A stretch of 62,773 nucleotides of DNA, filler included, from Sphaeroforma arctica JP610 (Eukaryota), in assembly GCF_001186125.1 (NCBI RefSeq). It is 5 parts of 2 records of this genome, joined end to end, with 100 filler letters (N's around TTAATTAATTAA, not from the genome) between each part and the next. Parts side by side here need not be neighbours in the genome. Positions count along the whole stretch, not along the records: positions 16,350 to 27,860 come from NW_014040539.1; positions 27,961 to 35,883 come from NW_014040539.1; positions 35,984 to 58,736 come from NW_014040539.1; 2 more parts are not named here. One strand, 5' to 3'. The stretch's first letter is position 1, and each line of letters opens with the position of its first letter. The notes under the pieces were generated by a model. The model searched no databases, was not told where the DNA came from, and saw only the letters and a list, made by a program, of their open reading frames with translations. Shown here in pieces: positions 25,301-40,180 of the stretch. Made by a program: the position numbers and the translations under genes.

Positions 25301-28300
25301 ATATATACAAACATACATACATACATATATAGCAACAATATCTCGCACCTTTACCATCGCTTAGTTGCCCCCAATTGGCACATACACGGAACACCGAAGT
25401 GATAGTGTACTTTCTCATATGATATATCCAAAAGTTCACACGGGGTTCCGGCAAACAAATCACAAATACTCATTTCTATACAACCGGAATCCGTATATAC
25501 ATGTATGTGAATATATATATATATATATATAGAATGTTTTTTTGAATATAAATTGCATTTAGTTTATATATAAACACACACACAGTATGACTCCAAATGC
25601 ACAGAAAATTTTCCACATTATCTCACACACCTCCGCGAGCAAGCGTATCAGCAGTATGGGACAAATCATTTTGTGCAGATGATAGTCTTGCCTGTATATA
25701 CATAGAAAAGGAGTCATAGCAAGCGTAAAGGTATCTTAGGTATAACTGTCTTAGCAAGCGTAAAGGTATCTTAGGTGTAACAATGTTGAAATTGGTTCGG
25801 ACGCATCCATGTTATGAACGTATTTGCAATGCAAACATATGGATGCATATGCAATTTGTATTTGTATCGTAGAACGCACAGTCGCTGTTATATCATTCTG
25901 GATACGCATGCATTCAAAATCAATACATACTCAACATGCGAAATACAACATGTAAAATACAAGTAATATACATCATGCAAATATAATCAACATATAAAAA
26001 GATGTAATTTACAACATACAAAATACAGCATGTAAAATACAATCAACATACAAATTCAACATGTAAAATACAAATACAAGTACACCTTGAAAGGTGTATA
26101 CTTCTGTATGTATGGCGGAAAACAGAAAATCGAATTGCAAAACGCAAACACACATGTATGACTTGCGCACTATAGCATCTGCTGTGAGGTATAGACATTT
26201 CTTACTCACACGAATAGTATATAACATAAGGTATATTTAGAATCAAGTACTAGTATACAACATAAGGTATCTGGAATCAAGTATAAGTCGATGTGTCTGC
26301 ACGAACCCCGTATATCCCATACAAGCACATCAGCAATTCAAGCCTGAGTCGATCACGCTTGTATGATACTCCTATGGTGAACCAACAACACACACACACA
26401 CGGGCGCTCGAAGTGAAGCATCCACGCACATACACGCCCCGTAGCGTTAGGAGGCAACGAAAGTACACACAAACAGGGACAAACGCATACAAAGAGCCGT
26501 ACAGTACACACAAACAGGGACAAACGCATACAAAGAGCCGTACAGTACACACAAACAGGGACAAACACATACAAAGAACCGTACAGTACACACAAACAGG
26601 AACAAACGCATACAAAGAGCCGTACAGTATACACAAACAGGGACAAACACATACAAAGCGCCATACAGTACACACAAACAGGGACAAACGCATACAAAGA
26701 GCCGTACAGTACACACATGCACGTTGGCTTTGTGGGCCTCACGGCACTTCTACTTGTGCATACGCTGCATACAATTGCGTACAAGGCAATGTGAGTGTAT
26801 GCCACTGTTCTAGACACACACGCCATATGAACGGTACGCAACTATATCAACTGACTTGCCTCAGAACAATAGTACACACAGATGTCCCAGACACAGACGG
26901 AATACGTTTACGTACAGAAGTAAAAAATATAACGAAAAACGGATTAATATATTAATACATATAGAACGGTACACACATACATTTAAGATTGCGAGCTACA
27001 CAACGGTAGTGGTAAAATGTACACAAGTAGCAGTACACACATAACATATATTGATACACACACACACGTATATATATACATAGATATATATATATATATA
27101 CATACATACATACATATACAAATAGACATATATACATAATCCATACATACGTTTAAGCTGTCCACCTCATGGCGTTGCTGCTTGTAGATTTTCCTCACGG
27201 TTTCGAGACTATCGCTGGTTTCAGCCAGTTTCCTTTGCATATTCGCGAGATCGGCTTGCAGCGACTGTGATGATATGTAACATCTTCATGTGAATACAAA
27301 CATCTTCATGTGAAATGTACATGGGCTCGTCATTATATATATATATATATGTATCATTGGTATAATATCTAGAGACTTTTTAACACACGATAAACCCTGA
27401 GAGAATGACTGTGAAGTGCTAACGCGAATAAGAACTTAGAGAACGAAGAGTTAAACACAAAACGCTACATACACATAGCATACATGTAAAATCATACGCA
27501 CGCACACAGTCATTCTCTTAGTAGTTTACACCTAAATAACAAAAACAGTAACAATACATACATACATACATACATACATACAAGTCATTCACCCTGTATA
27601 GTAGTTATAGTCATCTAACCTTCGTAGTCTCGTTTGCAGCATCCCGTTCACATTGAAGGTTGTGGTTCTGCTGCTCCATCTGTTGCAGTTTGTGCTCGTA
27701 TGTGGCTACATCCCAGTTGTCATACTACAGGAAGATAAAAAGATCGCTAGATTATAAGAGACTAATTGTGGATGCGAGGAAGACTAATGTAGAATAATTA
27801 AAAGACTAGTTCTAAAGACCGAGAATAGTGCAGGGTACTTGGGGGGGGGGGGGGGGGGACNNNNNNNNNNNNNNNNNNNNNNNNNNNNNNNNNNNNNNNN
27901 NNNNTTAATTAATTAANNNNNNNNNNNNNNNNNNNNNNNNNNNNNNNNNNNNNNNNNNNNTTTTGGAAAGTAGAAAACAAAAAAAACAATACAGAGTACT
28001 GAGCGATATTTGATGATTTTGTTCGCAATGCAAACGAAAATGAACACAAAAAAGGTTCGAATTGATTTAAATTCAAGTAACAAATAGTTCAGGCTCGCGA
28101 CTACCGGATTTGGGAATACGACGAGAGTGAAAGTATAGACAACATGTACAGGGACATCCATCAGCCGACATAGCATACACGACAACCCATAACGTATAAC
28201 ATACATATACAACAACCGTTTGTATGTGTATGATACGTTAGTACACAAAACACAATATGAATACAACAACCGCGCGCACGTGCATAAGGTGTTTGTATGC

Positions 28301-31300
28301 GTGTGTGTGTTTCTGCACCTTCAAGCATGTCGCAATAGTTTTTTATACTGATTTTGGGAGTACCAAAAGATCTGCATGTTATTCGGATGGCAAATAGCGC
28401 CAGTCACACACAATCGCAGCGCGACTCTATATATACACGCATATTTACACATATGAATACATATACACACACATATATATACATACATCCACATACATGT
28501 ATACATATTTCTGTATAGGTACACATGTTAGCATGTCTGTGTGGAAAGGCCGTGTAAATTCGACACTAATCGCTTTATCAACTTCATACACACGTATAAT
28601 ACAAACCCACACACATACATAAATTATCCGAGATCACACACCCCAATACAAACAGGTGCAAATGGGCCCTATAAGCCTTATCAGGTACCTTGTGATTTTG
28701 TATACGTGCCTGTAACGCCCTACTTTGGGACTCTCGGTGGTCCAATTGGGTTCGTAGTTCTTTAGCTGTAGTGACGAGAGCAAGTATAAGACTAAGACAT
28801 ACATGATATTTTAGTATAAAATAGAATACAAAGATATACATGATGTTTTAATATAAAATAGAATACAAAGACATACATAATATTTTAGTATAAAATAGAA
28901 TACAAAGATAAGCATGATGTATTAGTATAAAATAGAATACAAAGATATACATATGTTTTAGTATAAAATAGATTACAGAGATATACATGATAAGCATACA
29001 AAGATAAACATGCAATAGTCCCAGTACAAAATAGAATACAGATATATACGTGGACCAGTATAAAATACAATACAAAGATATAGCTGAAAACAGTACGCAC
29101 CTGACTCTGTATAAAAACAAAGACTTGAAAAAACTTATATAATATATACTATTTAAAAACACATGCGCACACATAAGCCCAACACATACATATGTAATTG
29201 TATATAAACTAATACACACCTGGCTCGGTGTGAACACAAAGACGACAAAACACTTATATACACTATAAATATATACGCACACGTGCACATTAAGACATGA
29301 ACACACACATAAGTTATTATATATAAACCAGTACACACCTGATGTATAAATACATACGCACACTTGTACACATATAAAAATAGAACACACACATAAGGTC
29401 ATATATATAAACCAGTACACACCTGATGTATAAATACATACGCACACTCGTACACATATAAAAAAAGAACACACACATAAGGTCATATATATAAACCAGT
29501 ACACACCTGATTCCGTGTGGGCACGACATGTTTTCTCAGATGTAGCAAGATCCTGGCAATGGCAAGAGATGGAAGAATAAACGTTAGCGAAGAGTGCACA
29601 CTTGGGCAACAGAATGAGCGGTAGCTGACTATAACATGACAAAGTAAGGGTAGGTATGTGTGTAAGTAAGTTTACGTATGTGTGAAAGTGAGTGTAGGTA
29701 TGTGTGTAAGTAAGTGTAGGTATGTGTGAAAGTAAGTGTAGGTAAGTGTAGGTATGTGTGAAAGTGAGTGTAGGTATGTGTGTAAGTAAGTGTAGGTATG
29801 TGTGAAAGTGAGTGTAGGTATGTGTGTAAGTAAGTGTAGGTATGTGTGAAAGAAAGTGTAGGTATGTGTGTGATTCCATCTATTTGGTACTCATACAGAA
29901 CCAACCCCATGCAATTGGCCATGTCTTCGTGTTAGTAAAGGGTGAACACATGGGAAACAGAGCGAGAGGTAGTCGAGTATACTATAGCAAAGCATGTACA
30001 GGCATACATTGTTGTACCATCTATATGCATATCCATACAGAAAGAAGCCCTTACACATGGCCACGACTGTGTAACTATCTATATCTAAAGTATAAATTAT
30101 AACTAATGAAACTACGCCATCAATACATATACAGTCGCCCTATATGAACAGAAATATATAGCCTCCAACCACCAACCATACATCCCCATCCGTAACACGG
30201 CACCGACTATACCATGTGTATTTCATAAATATCTATATATACTATACCTGCAGCCTATACACTACAATACACAACACAACAAAACAGTACATACACACTA
30301 CACACACACACACATATATATATACTATCCTTCACCTGCACCCTATACACACTATGCTATACCTGCTCCAACTTCCTGCACACGCCCATCAACCGGTTGA
30401 GTTCAGCTGTAGCGGCCTTGAGCTTCTCTGAACTGTCTCTGTCACCATGGCGACGGGATTCGCGCTCGTTCGACCAGTCATACAGAGTTTTCTACACGGG
30501 GAGATTCACAGCATACCCAGATGTTATTAGATGCACTAGCTATGCAGAACATAGAGAGTTAAACCGCATGCACAGGGATTTAGATACGGTGCAGGTGTTT
30601 AGTAAATAAGGTTAGACATATCTGAGGAAATAAACCAGATAGATAGAGCTTTAGATACAAGATAACTATTTGTATGTAGATATACAAGTGGTCCAACAAA
30701 TGTGACGCACCAAATACACATAGTTTTCCGCACGAAATACTATAATGGACGACATTCATTGGTCAATAAACCAAGTTTTTTTTAACAGGTTTCTGCACAA
30801 TATGGTGCAATAGGAAAATGTGGCAAAACAAAGTGTCATAGTCTTCAGCAGGAGGCAGATATTGAACAACACTTGACAAGAAACTTTCAAATAAATTCAG
30901 ACCTTTTCTATATGAACTAAACACAAGTAATAAGATCTGCCACACAATATGTTAGAACACATACATAGGCTTCAACGCTACACTGTTGTACCGAGAAGAA
31001 CTTGTCAGCGTGGAGAGAGCCAGCAGACCAGTCATTTATGAATTCTTGCAATATGTAATATGCATATATTTATATAGATAGATATATATATACATACATA
31101 TCTATACACACACACATATACATACACACATACATATACATATGCGTACACATATAAAAATTTACGCACACACGCATATATACACGCATGTTAAGTATGT
31201 CCTGTAGTAAATGCACCTGTTGTGAATCCAGTTCGTCCTTGAGGGTGAGTAGTTGTCGTTCTGCCTTGCGATACTTAGACTGTTCGGCTAGATAATTGCA

Positions 31301-31831
31301 TTCGATTTCCTCCAGCGATTTGCGAAGGGAGTGGTTGGTCAGCTCCAACTGTACATTGAAATTGTAAACGACATAATTAATGAAGCGTAGATTGGCATAT
31401 ATATATATATATATATATAGCTTAGGTATATGACTGAAAGGAAGTGTTCGGTGACTCGATGACCCGTTGGTATGCTTATTTGGTAGCGTACAGATACAAT
31501 CGAAATGATAGCAGGCACGTATTCATATATAGTCTTCTAGCCATTGCGTGGTCACCCAAGCAATTGCATCGTGTTTTGTCGAGAATTTTGCTATAAAAGT
31601 GGATAGTTGGTTCCAGCTACAAACCAGAGCTTGCCAGATCGACAGATATAAGAACACATACACATACACTCTCTCACACACTTTGATATATACATATACC
31701 TTTATATTATATACATACATACATACACACATACACATACATATATAGATATAAATACAAATACAAAAATACATACATAAAATATACATATACCTATATA
31801 AATATATATACATACATGCATACATACATAC

Positions 31832-31868
<37 letters not shown>

Positions 31869-34103
31869 CACACACACACACATATATATATATACATATC
31901 TGTATATATGTACATGCACATGAACGTGAACATAAGAACATAAAAAATTAGATATATATAGATAGATAAAACTAATGTATACATATACATGAGGCTATAA
32001 GTATGAACTTACCCTCTAGCAAAAACAGGGACATATCCACACACATCGTAGCTACATGGCTGCAGTTGCTTTATGCAGCAAACATAGTACAAGCCTTCAA
32101 CGTAGGCAACGAACGCGTTCAATAGTACACAGATATAACAACATGCACATAGACAAACTAGACTCTACAGAAGACAAGAATACACACCTTCTGAGCACAT
32201 ATGCACACTGAAACATAATACCAATACAAATACAAACACATGATACAAACACAAAACACAAATACATAATACCAATACCAATATCAAGACATAATACAAA
32301 TATAAATAGAATACACACAGACACACAATGCAAATTACAGCCTGCATACAGATATCTCTCCGACAGACACTCCTACACACCTTCAACCACACGGACATGG
32401 TCACAAACAAAAGATACTGGCTATATAACACATATTCAATTGAAGGAAGACCACTACACAAACCTTCAACCCCATACATCAACACAAATATGAGTTAAAA
32501 AAATGTACGCAATCCTGACGAAGATTGATACACACCTTCTTAACACGATCTTTGGTGCTCTCCATGCTGTCGTGCATGGTTCCCTTTTCTTGCTCGGTAA
32601 TTAGCATGGCATCCGACCTAGCCTTTACCTAATTCACGAAGAAAATACCAAAGTAAGACAATAAAAGTAAAAAAATTATTAAAAAAATATATATACATAC
32701 TTTTACATATACACATACACACAAAAACACACACATACATATATATTGTCGGTTGCTTTTATTTAATTCTACGAGACAAATATGAAAAATGAGAAAAATT
32801 GATACATATATATCGGTGGTATTTCATCCGCCTCCAGATGGGGGAGCTGGAGAGTGAGTGGGCAAAAAAATAGAGCTATATATTGGTAGTGGTTTAGACC
32901 TACGTCTACAAAATATATTAAGATATACATCTATATATACATATATAAAAATATCTATACAACCGTTCACTAGTGTACGCACCGAAGATTTCCAAAATCA
33001 TATCAACCAATGTTAACACGACCATACATTCCACATGCAGATATATTTATGTGTACACAACCATGACTTCCATAAGCTTATTTGCAGATGTTAATTCGAC
33101 CATACATTCCATACGCTAATCAACTAATGTTAACACAAACCATGACTTCCGGAGATGCATATCAACCAATCTTAACACAAATCATGACTTGCGGAGATGC
33201 ATATCAACCAAATGCAAACACAAACCATGACTGTAGGAATGCATATCAACCAAATGCAAACATAGCCACGACTGTAGAAATGCATATCAACCAATCTTAA
33301 CACAAACCATGCCTGTAGGAATGCAAATCAACCAAATGTAAACACAAACCATGACTGTAGACATGCATATCAACCAATCTTAACACAAACCATGCCTGTA
33401 GGAATGCATATCAACCAAATGCAAACACATACCATGTCTGTAGGAATGCATATCAACCAAATGTAAACACAAACCATGACTGTAGAAATGCATATCAACC
33501 ATATGTAAACACAGCCACGACTTTAGAATTGCATATCAACCAATCTTAGCACAAACAATGACTGTAGAAATGCATACCAACCAATCTTAACACAAACCAT
33601 GCCTGTAGGAATGCATATCAACCAAATGTAAACACAAACCATGACTGTAGAAATGTATATCAACCATATGTAAACACAAGCCATGACTGTAGAGATGTAA
33701 ATCAACCAAATGTAAACACAGCCACGACTGTAGAATTGCATATCAACCTATCTTAACAAAAACCATGACTGTAGAAATGCAAAAACCATGACTATAGAAA
33801 TGCATATCAACCAAACGTAAACACAGCCACGACTGTAGAAATGCATAACAACCAATCTTAACAAAAACCATGACTGTAGAAATGCATATCAACCAAATGT
33901 AAACATAGCCACGACTGTGGAGATGCCCTACTTCTTCTTTAAGCTGTTCGTTTTCGTGCTGAATGGCCTCGAGTCTGTCGTGTGTCTCTCTGAGTTGGTT
34001 CGCTTTGCGACACAATTCGTCCCCTGCGAAAGACCCATTGGGTAATCGTATGGTTGATAGAATACATTGGTTAACAAGAATGTATGCTACTGCCATCTTG
34101 AAG

Positions 34104-34136
<33 letters not shown>

Positions 34137-37100
34137 CATATATATACATATACATATACATATACATACACACACACACATATATATATATAAATGTATA
34201 TCTATGCACATACATACATAACAACTGGGTCCGTTTCCTGGCACCGACCTTTCGCACTGAAAAAGACGCATCAGTAGGTACAAAATATCAATACCCATCC
34301 TGATGTCTTCCACAGGTGCACTCACATACACCCATAACATAGTAGTAACCCGTGTCCTTCAGATAGACAACCTAAAAACTATAAACACACCTAGGTCCTT
34401 CCTAATGTCCGCTATACGCAGATGCAGTCTCTCAACCTCCTTGTCACGCTTAAGTGTTGTGGCGTGCTCTTGCGCTACGCATTTGTTCAGTCGCGCCTTC
34501 TCCATTTCAATGTTGTGATGTGCCGCCTCACTCTGCTGCTCGCTTTCAAATAGCCTGCGGATACACAGACATATGTTTTGTCAGAAATGTGGATATATAT
34601 ATATATATATATTATAACACATACAAATGCAAATGCAAATGCAAATGCATGTATATAAATATATTGTATATTATATATATATAATCATATAACAATACAA
34701 TATCACGATATACATGACTGGCCATATTAATGCACACACCAAAAAAAAACCATAATCACTTATACCGCCGCTTATACACTGTACCCTCACTATAGCATAA
34801 CACAGGAGAGCCGAAGATTCACACACCCTCATACGAAAAGAACGGCACCATGGGCACCACAGGCGCCTATGCCAAAACAAGGTACACACCCATGGGTGTA
34901 TATGGACAGGCACAGGTGCGTATAAACACACACAGGCATACACACACCAGGGCTTAGACGTGCTTGTACATGCACCTATAACAATAGCCAGCAAGGCCCA
35001 TTGAGGCCAATGACGGCGGGGGAGGATATATGAAGTAAACGTGCACACGCATGCACACATCGATTGGGCTGTATCGATGTCATTGACGAGAGTTATGTTC
35101 ACAGCTGCATACTTGCTAGAGTTATGTGCACAGCTGCATACTTGCTATGTGGTATTCACGTGATACTGGTAGCAGCATGTGGAGATATACCCAGGAATGA
35201 GTTATTAAGAAAATGCCATCAAGAGGGTGATAACTAGACTACATTAGTCCATCATAGAGAGGTGAACTTGAGCGTATATGATATACACAGGCACGTATCT
35301 TGTATCTCGGACAAACCATACCTCCTCTGTAGTTCCTTGACTTCTCTCCGGAGTTCAGAAATGGACACCTCCTGCTCAGTAATTTCTTCTTTTCGGGCTT
35401 CTAGAGCCTGTAGTTCCGATACAAAGGTGTGTAAAAAAGTAACCATGTCGAATATGAAAGAAAACAAGTTATAAAACCAAGACAATGGGGAGTCAAAGAG
35501 TAACCATATCAAATATGGACCAAAACAAGCTACACAACCATGACAATACCATGACAATGGGGAGTCAAAGAGTAACCATATCGAATATGGACCAACACAA
35601 GCTACATAACCATGACAATGGGGTGTAAAACAGTAACCATATTGAAATGGACAAAAACAAGCTACACAACCAAGACAATGGGGAGTCATAAAGTAACCAT
35701 ATCGAATATAGACAAAAAAAGCTACACAACCAAGACAATGGGGAGCCATAAAGTAACCATATCGAATATGGACAAAAACAAGCTACACAACCAAGACAAT
35801 GGGGAGTCATAAAGTATCCCTATCGAATATGGACAGAAACAAGCTACACAACCAAGACAATGGGAAGTCGTAAAGTTTCCATANNNNNNNNNNNNNNNNN
35901 NNNNNNNNNNNNNNNNNNNNNNNNNNNTTAATTAATTAANNNNNNNNNNNNNNNNNNNNNNNNNNNNNNNNNNNNNNNNNNNNTAGTCAAAAAGTAACCA
36001 TATCGAAATGGACAAAAACAAGCTACACAACCAAGACAAAGGGGGTTAACCAGAGCCTTCTCATACTGCTGCAAGTGCTCGTACTGTGTTTGTGAGGCCC
36101 ACCGAAATCGTCGGTGCGGCCTCATGGCTTCCGCTTATACTTCCATTCTGGTATATCAAATAAGCATCTTCTTGATTTATAATTCACATATAAGCAAGAG
36201 AGTGTACACACACACACATATATATATATATACACATACACACATATATATATGTATAGATAGATATATATATATACATATCCATGTATATTTATGTGTA
36301 TACCTGTGTATATGTAAGTGAATTAAACATACCTTCTCATACTGCTGGCGAGTTTCGTTCTGTGTCTGTGACTCGCCCTGAGACTGCCGCTTCCGCCTCT
36401 CCGCTTCCGCCTTGTACCTCTCACACGCGTCCTTATAGTCCGCACACTCACTCTTCAAGCTGTCACATTCCTGCACGCGCTCATCCCTATCCTGCCTGGT
36501 CTTCTCACACGCCGCTTTATACTCCACACACTCGCGTTTGTGCGTCTCACACTCGTCCATGTAGCTATCCCGTTCTCGCTTGTACGTATCCCGTTCCTGC
36601 TTGTACGTGGCTACATCCTGCTTGTACGTGTGCACCTCTTGCGCAAAACCATCGCACTGACGTTTGAGCCGATTGCACTCTTCGCCCACACGGCTACACT
36701 CCCGCGACAGCCCCTTGAGCTCACTCCCCATGCGCTCGTTCTCTTGCGATAGCTCCGAGTTCTAAAAATAGATTTGAAAGAGAAATAAATCCAAAAAATA
36801 AATATTTAGAACAGAAAGCAAACAGGATGTGAGTTGTAGTCAGGGGCCTTCTGTCTTAATCCCCTCGGCGTGTATCAGTGAGTGCGTTCAACTGCTGATG
36901 CATTCTACACACACCAGACACACACGTGGTAGGTACGCCTACACACACACATGGTAGGTATACCTACACACACACACGGTAGGTACACCTACACACACAC
37001 ATGGTAGGTACACCTACACACACACACGGTAGGTACACCTACGCACACACACAGTAGATACACCTACACACACACACACCCCAAACACACACATGATAGG

Positions 37101-40100
37101 TACACCTACACACACACACGCACTTATACACATATGCACATATAAACATATGACCCCATGCCATACCTGTTGCTTGAGCTGGTCCCGCTCTCTCAAGCCC
37201 TCCGCGTGTGTCTCCGTGAGCGTGTCGATCTGCTGCCTACATACACACACACGCACATATACATATATACACATACACACATACGACCCCATGCCATACC
37301 TGTTGCTTGAGCTGATCCCGCTCTCTCAAGTCCTCCGCGTGTGTCTCCGTGAGCGTGTCGATCTGCTGCCTACATACACACACACGCACATATACATATA
37401 TACACATACACACATACGACCCCATGCCATACCTGTTGCTTGAGCTGATCCCGCTCTCTCATGTCCTGCGCGTGTGTCTCCGTGAGCGTGTTGATCTGCT
37501 GCTGCATACTCTCCTGTGTGCGCACATCTCTGCGGTGTGCGTCTGCGAGTTTCTTTGCCTCGGTCGTCATCTCTGTGAGGTTGAAGTCCAGCACGGCTAT
37601 TCGCTCGGCTGAGGCGGTTTCGGCTTGGCGGCAGTCGTCCAGCTGGGTTGGGATGGGTTGGGGTGTGTGAGTGCATACTTGTCAGCGTGTATTTAGCTGT
37701 ATGTGGATAGAGGGGTATGTGTGTATGCGTTTATACATACACACATACACACACACAAACGCATTGAGAAAAAAATTCACAGGTACATGAACACACACAT
37801 ACCTATACTATTGAAATAGAGCTACACATTAACGCATATAAAATATACATGAGGTCGAGTTTAGATGGCTGTACAGATTGCTACAACCGTGTAATCACAG
37901 CCATCCGTACCTACAAATATTCACGTCAATATATATATATACCTAAAAAAAGCATACAGTACAACGCAAGTACGCTCATCTGCTTATAAAGACGGACGCA
38001 AACTGCAATACAGCATTCAAAGCCGTTTGTAACGATATATATCTATATATGACTAAATAGAACTAAATAGATATATAACTATAAATATATAACGAAGCAT
38101 ACATCCCATGCATGTATACCAATTTGCATATCAACACGAACCTACACAGGTATCATTGGTCGCGAGTATATTTGTATTGTGTACTACTGCAGACAGTACA
38201 CTTAAAAGTGTCGATGGAAATAGATCGCACACAACACACAGTTACAATACACATATGAGGCAAGACAGAACACCACAATACCATAATAGACATCTGCAGC
38301 TCAATACCATACACTACACACAGTCGCAATAAACATATGAAACACACAGTCACAATAAACATATGAAACACACAGTCACAATAAACATATGAAACACACA
38401 GTCACAAAAATTATATGCAACACACAGTCACTATAAATATATGAAACACACAGTCACTATAAATATATGAAACACACAGTCACAATAAACATATACACAG
38501 TCACAATAAACATATGAAACACACAGTCACAATAAATATATGCAACACACAGTCACAATAAACATATGAAACACACAGTCACAATATACATATGCAACAC
38601 ACAGTCACAATAAACATATGCAACACACAGTCATAATAAATATATGAAACACACAGTCACAATAAACATGAAACACACAGTCACAATAAACATATGAAAC
38701 ACACAGTCACAATAAACATGAAACACACTGTGTGTATAAACATATGACGCAAGCGGGTGCACCGCAACACCATGGCACTGACGAATACCTGCTGCTGGAG
38801 CTCCTTGATTCTATTTTTAGATTCTTGCAGTTCATGACTCATCTGATCCATTGCCTGTCTAGCGTCGCTCTCTCGGACTTCCAACTGCGCAACGTGTTCG
38901 TCCTCGTGTTCAGCGGCCTACAGGGGTTAGTAGGCAAGCAAGGGAAGGTATATTATATCAGTGTATTGCTTAAAAAAACATATATGCATGTATTTACCCT
39001 TGATACACAAACACTCGTATGTATATATATATACACACACACATATATATATATATATGTGCGCACACATACATAAATACATAAATACATACATATATGT
39101 AATATATATATATATATATATACATACATACATACATACATACACACATACATATATATGTACATAAAAATCCGCGTAGTAGTATACACATACACACACA
39201 TACACAATAACATATATATATGGAATACACACACACACAAACCTCCTCCCCCAAGCATATACAATGGAAAAGCATATTGTTGCATACCATTGCAAGTTTA
39301 TCCTGAGCCTGTTGGAGGGCTTTTTGTGCCTGCGCATGCCGTTGTTTCTCTTCGTCAAGTGATGCCACCAGCCTAGTCATAAGAAAATGAAGTGTGCTTA
39401 ATAGACCGTACACTGCCGTGCTTTTGAAAATAGAACCCTATTTTGATTGACTATGAACACGGCGAATATGGTTCATATAGTAGATAATATATATATCTAT
39501 ATATATATAGATATATACATGCATACATACAAACGCACAGACACACTTTATATGCATACATCCCTACCTACATACATATATATGTATATCTACATACATA
39601 CATACATACACACACACATATATATATATATATTCTATATAGATCTCTATCTATACATACACATGGATTTAGATATAGCAAGCAAACATAGCAGACCCAA
39701 CACCAACACACTTTTTGTAGAACATGCTGGGGTATTGAAAAATATATCCTTATTGATATATAGTCATAAAACAAATCATTCATCTCATCTCTCGCAACGA
39801 GGGGAGGGTCGTAGTAGCCCAGTATAGATATTAACATACGTACATACCCTTACGTATAATTATATAACACACACACACATATATATATGGCAATGAACAC
39901 AATATATACACACACCGTACTCGTCCTAGGCAGCAATCGTATCAGTTCCCTCATCGGGCGATAGGCTCCCGCAACCTACTCCTCGAATCTGACTTAGACG
40001 CACAAACATACCTATACAGACACACAAGTACACACAAGTAAACACAGGTACACACACACATATACATACATATGTATATATATATATATAACACACACAC

Positions 40101-40139
40101 ATATATATATATATATATGTATATATGTATATATAATAT

Positions 40140-40180
<41 letters not shown>

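Noticed and set aside
28319..28371. AG/GT-bounded segment that looked like a coiled-coil exon
   Set aside because: Contains a stop in the required phase-0 frame, and the neighbouring exons join without it.
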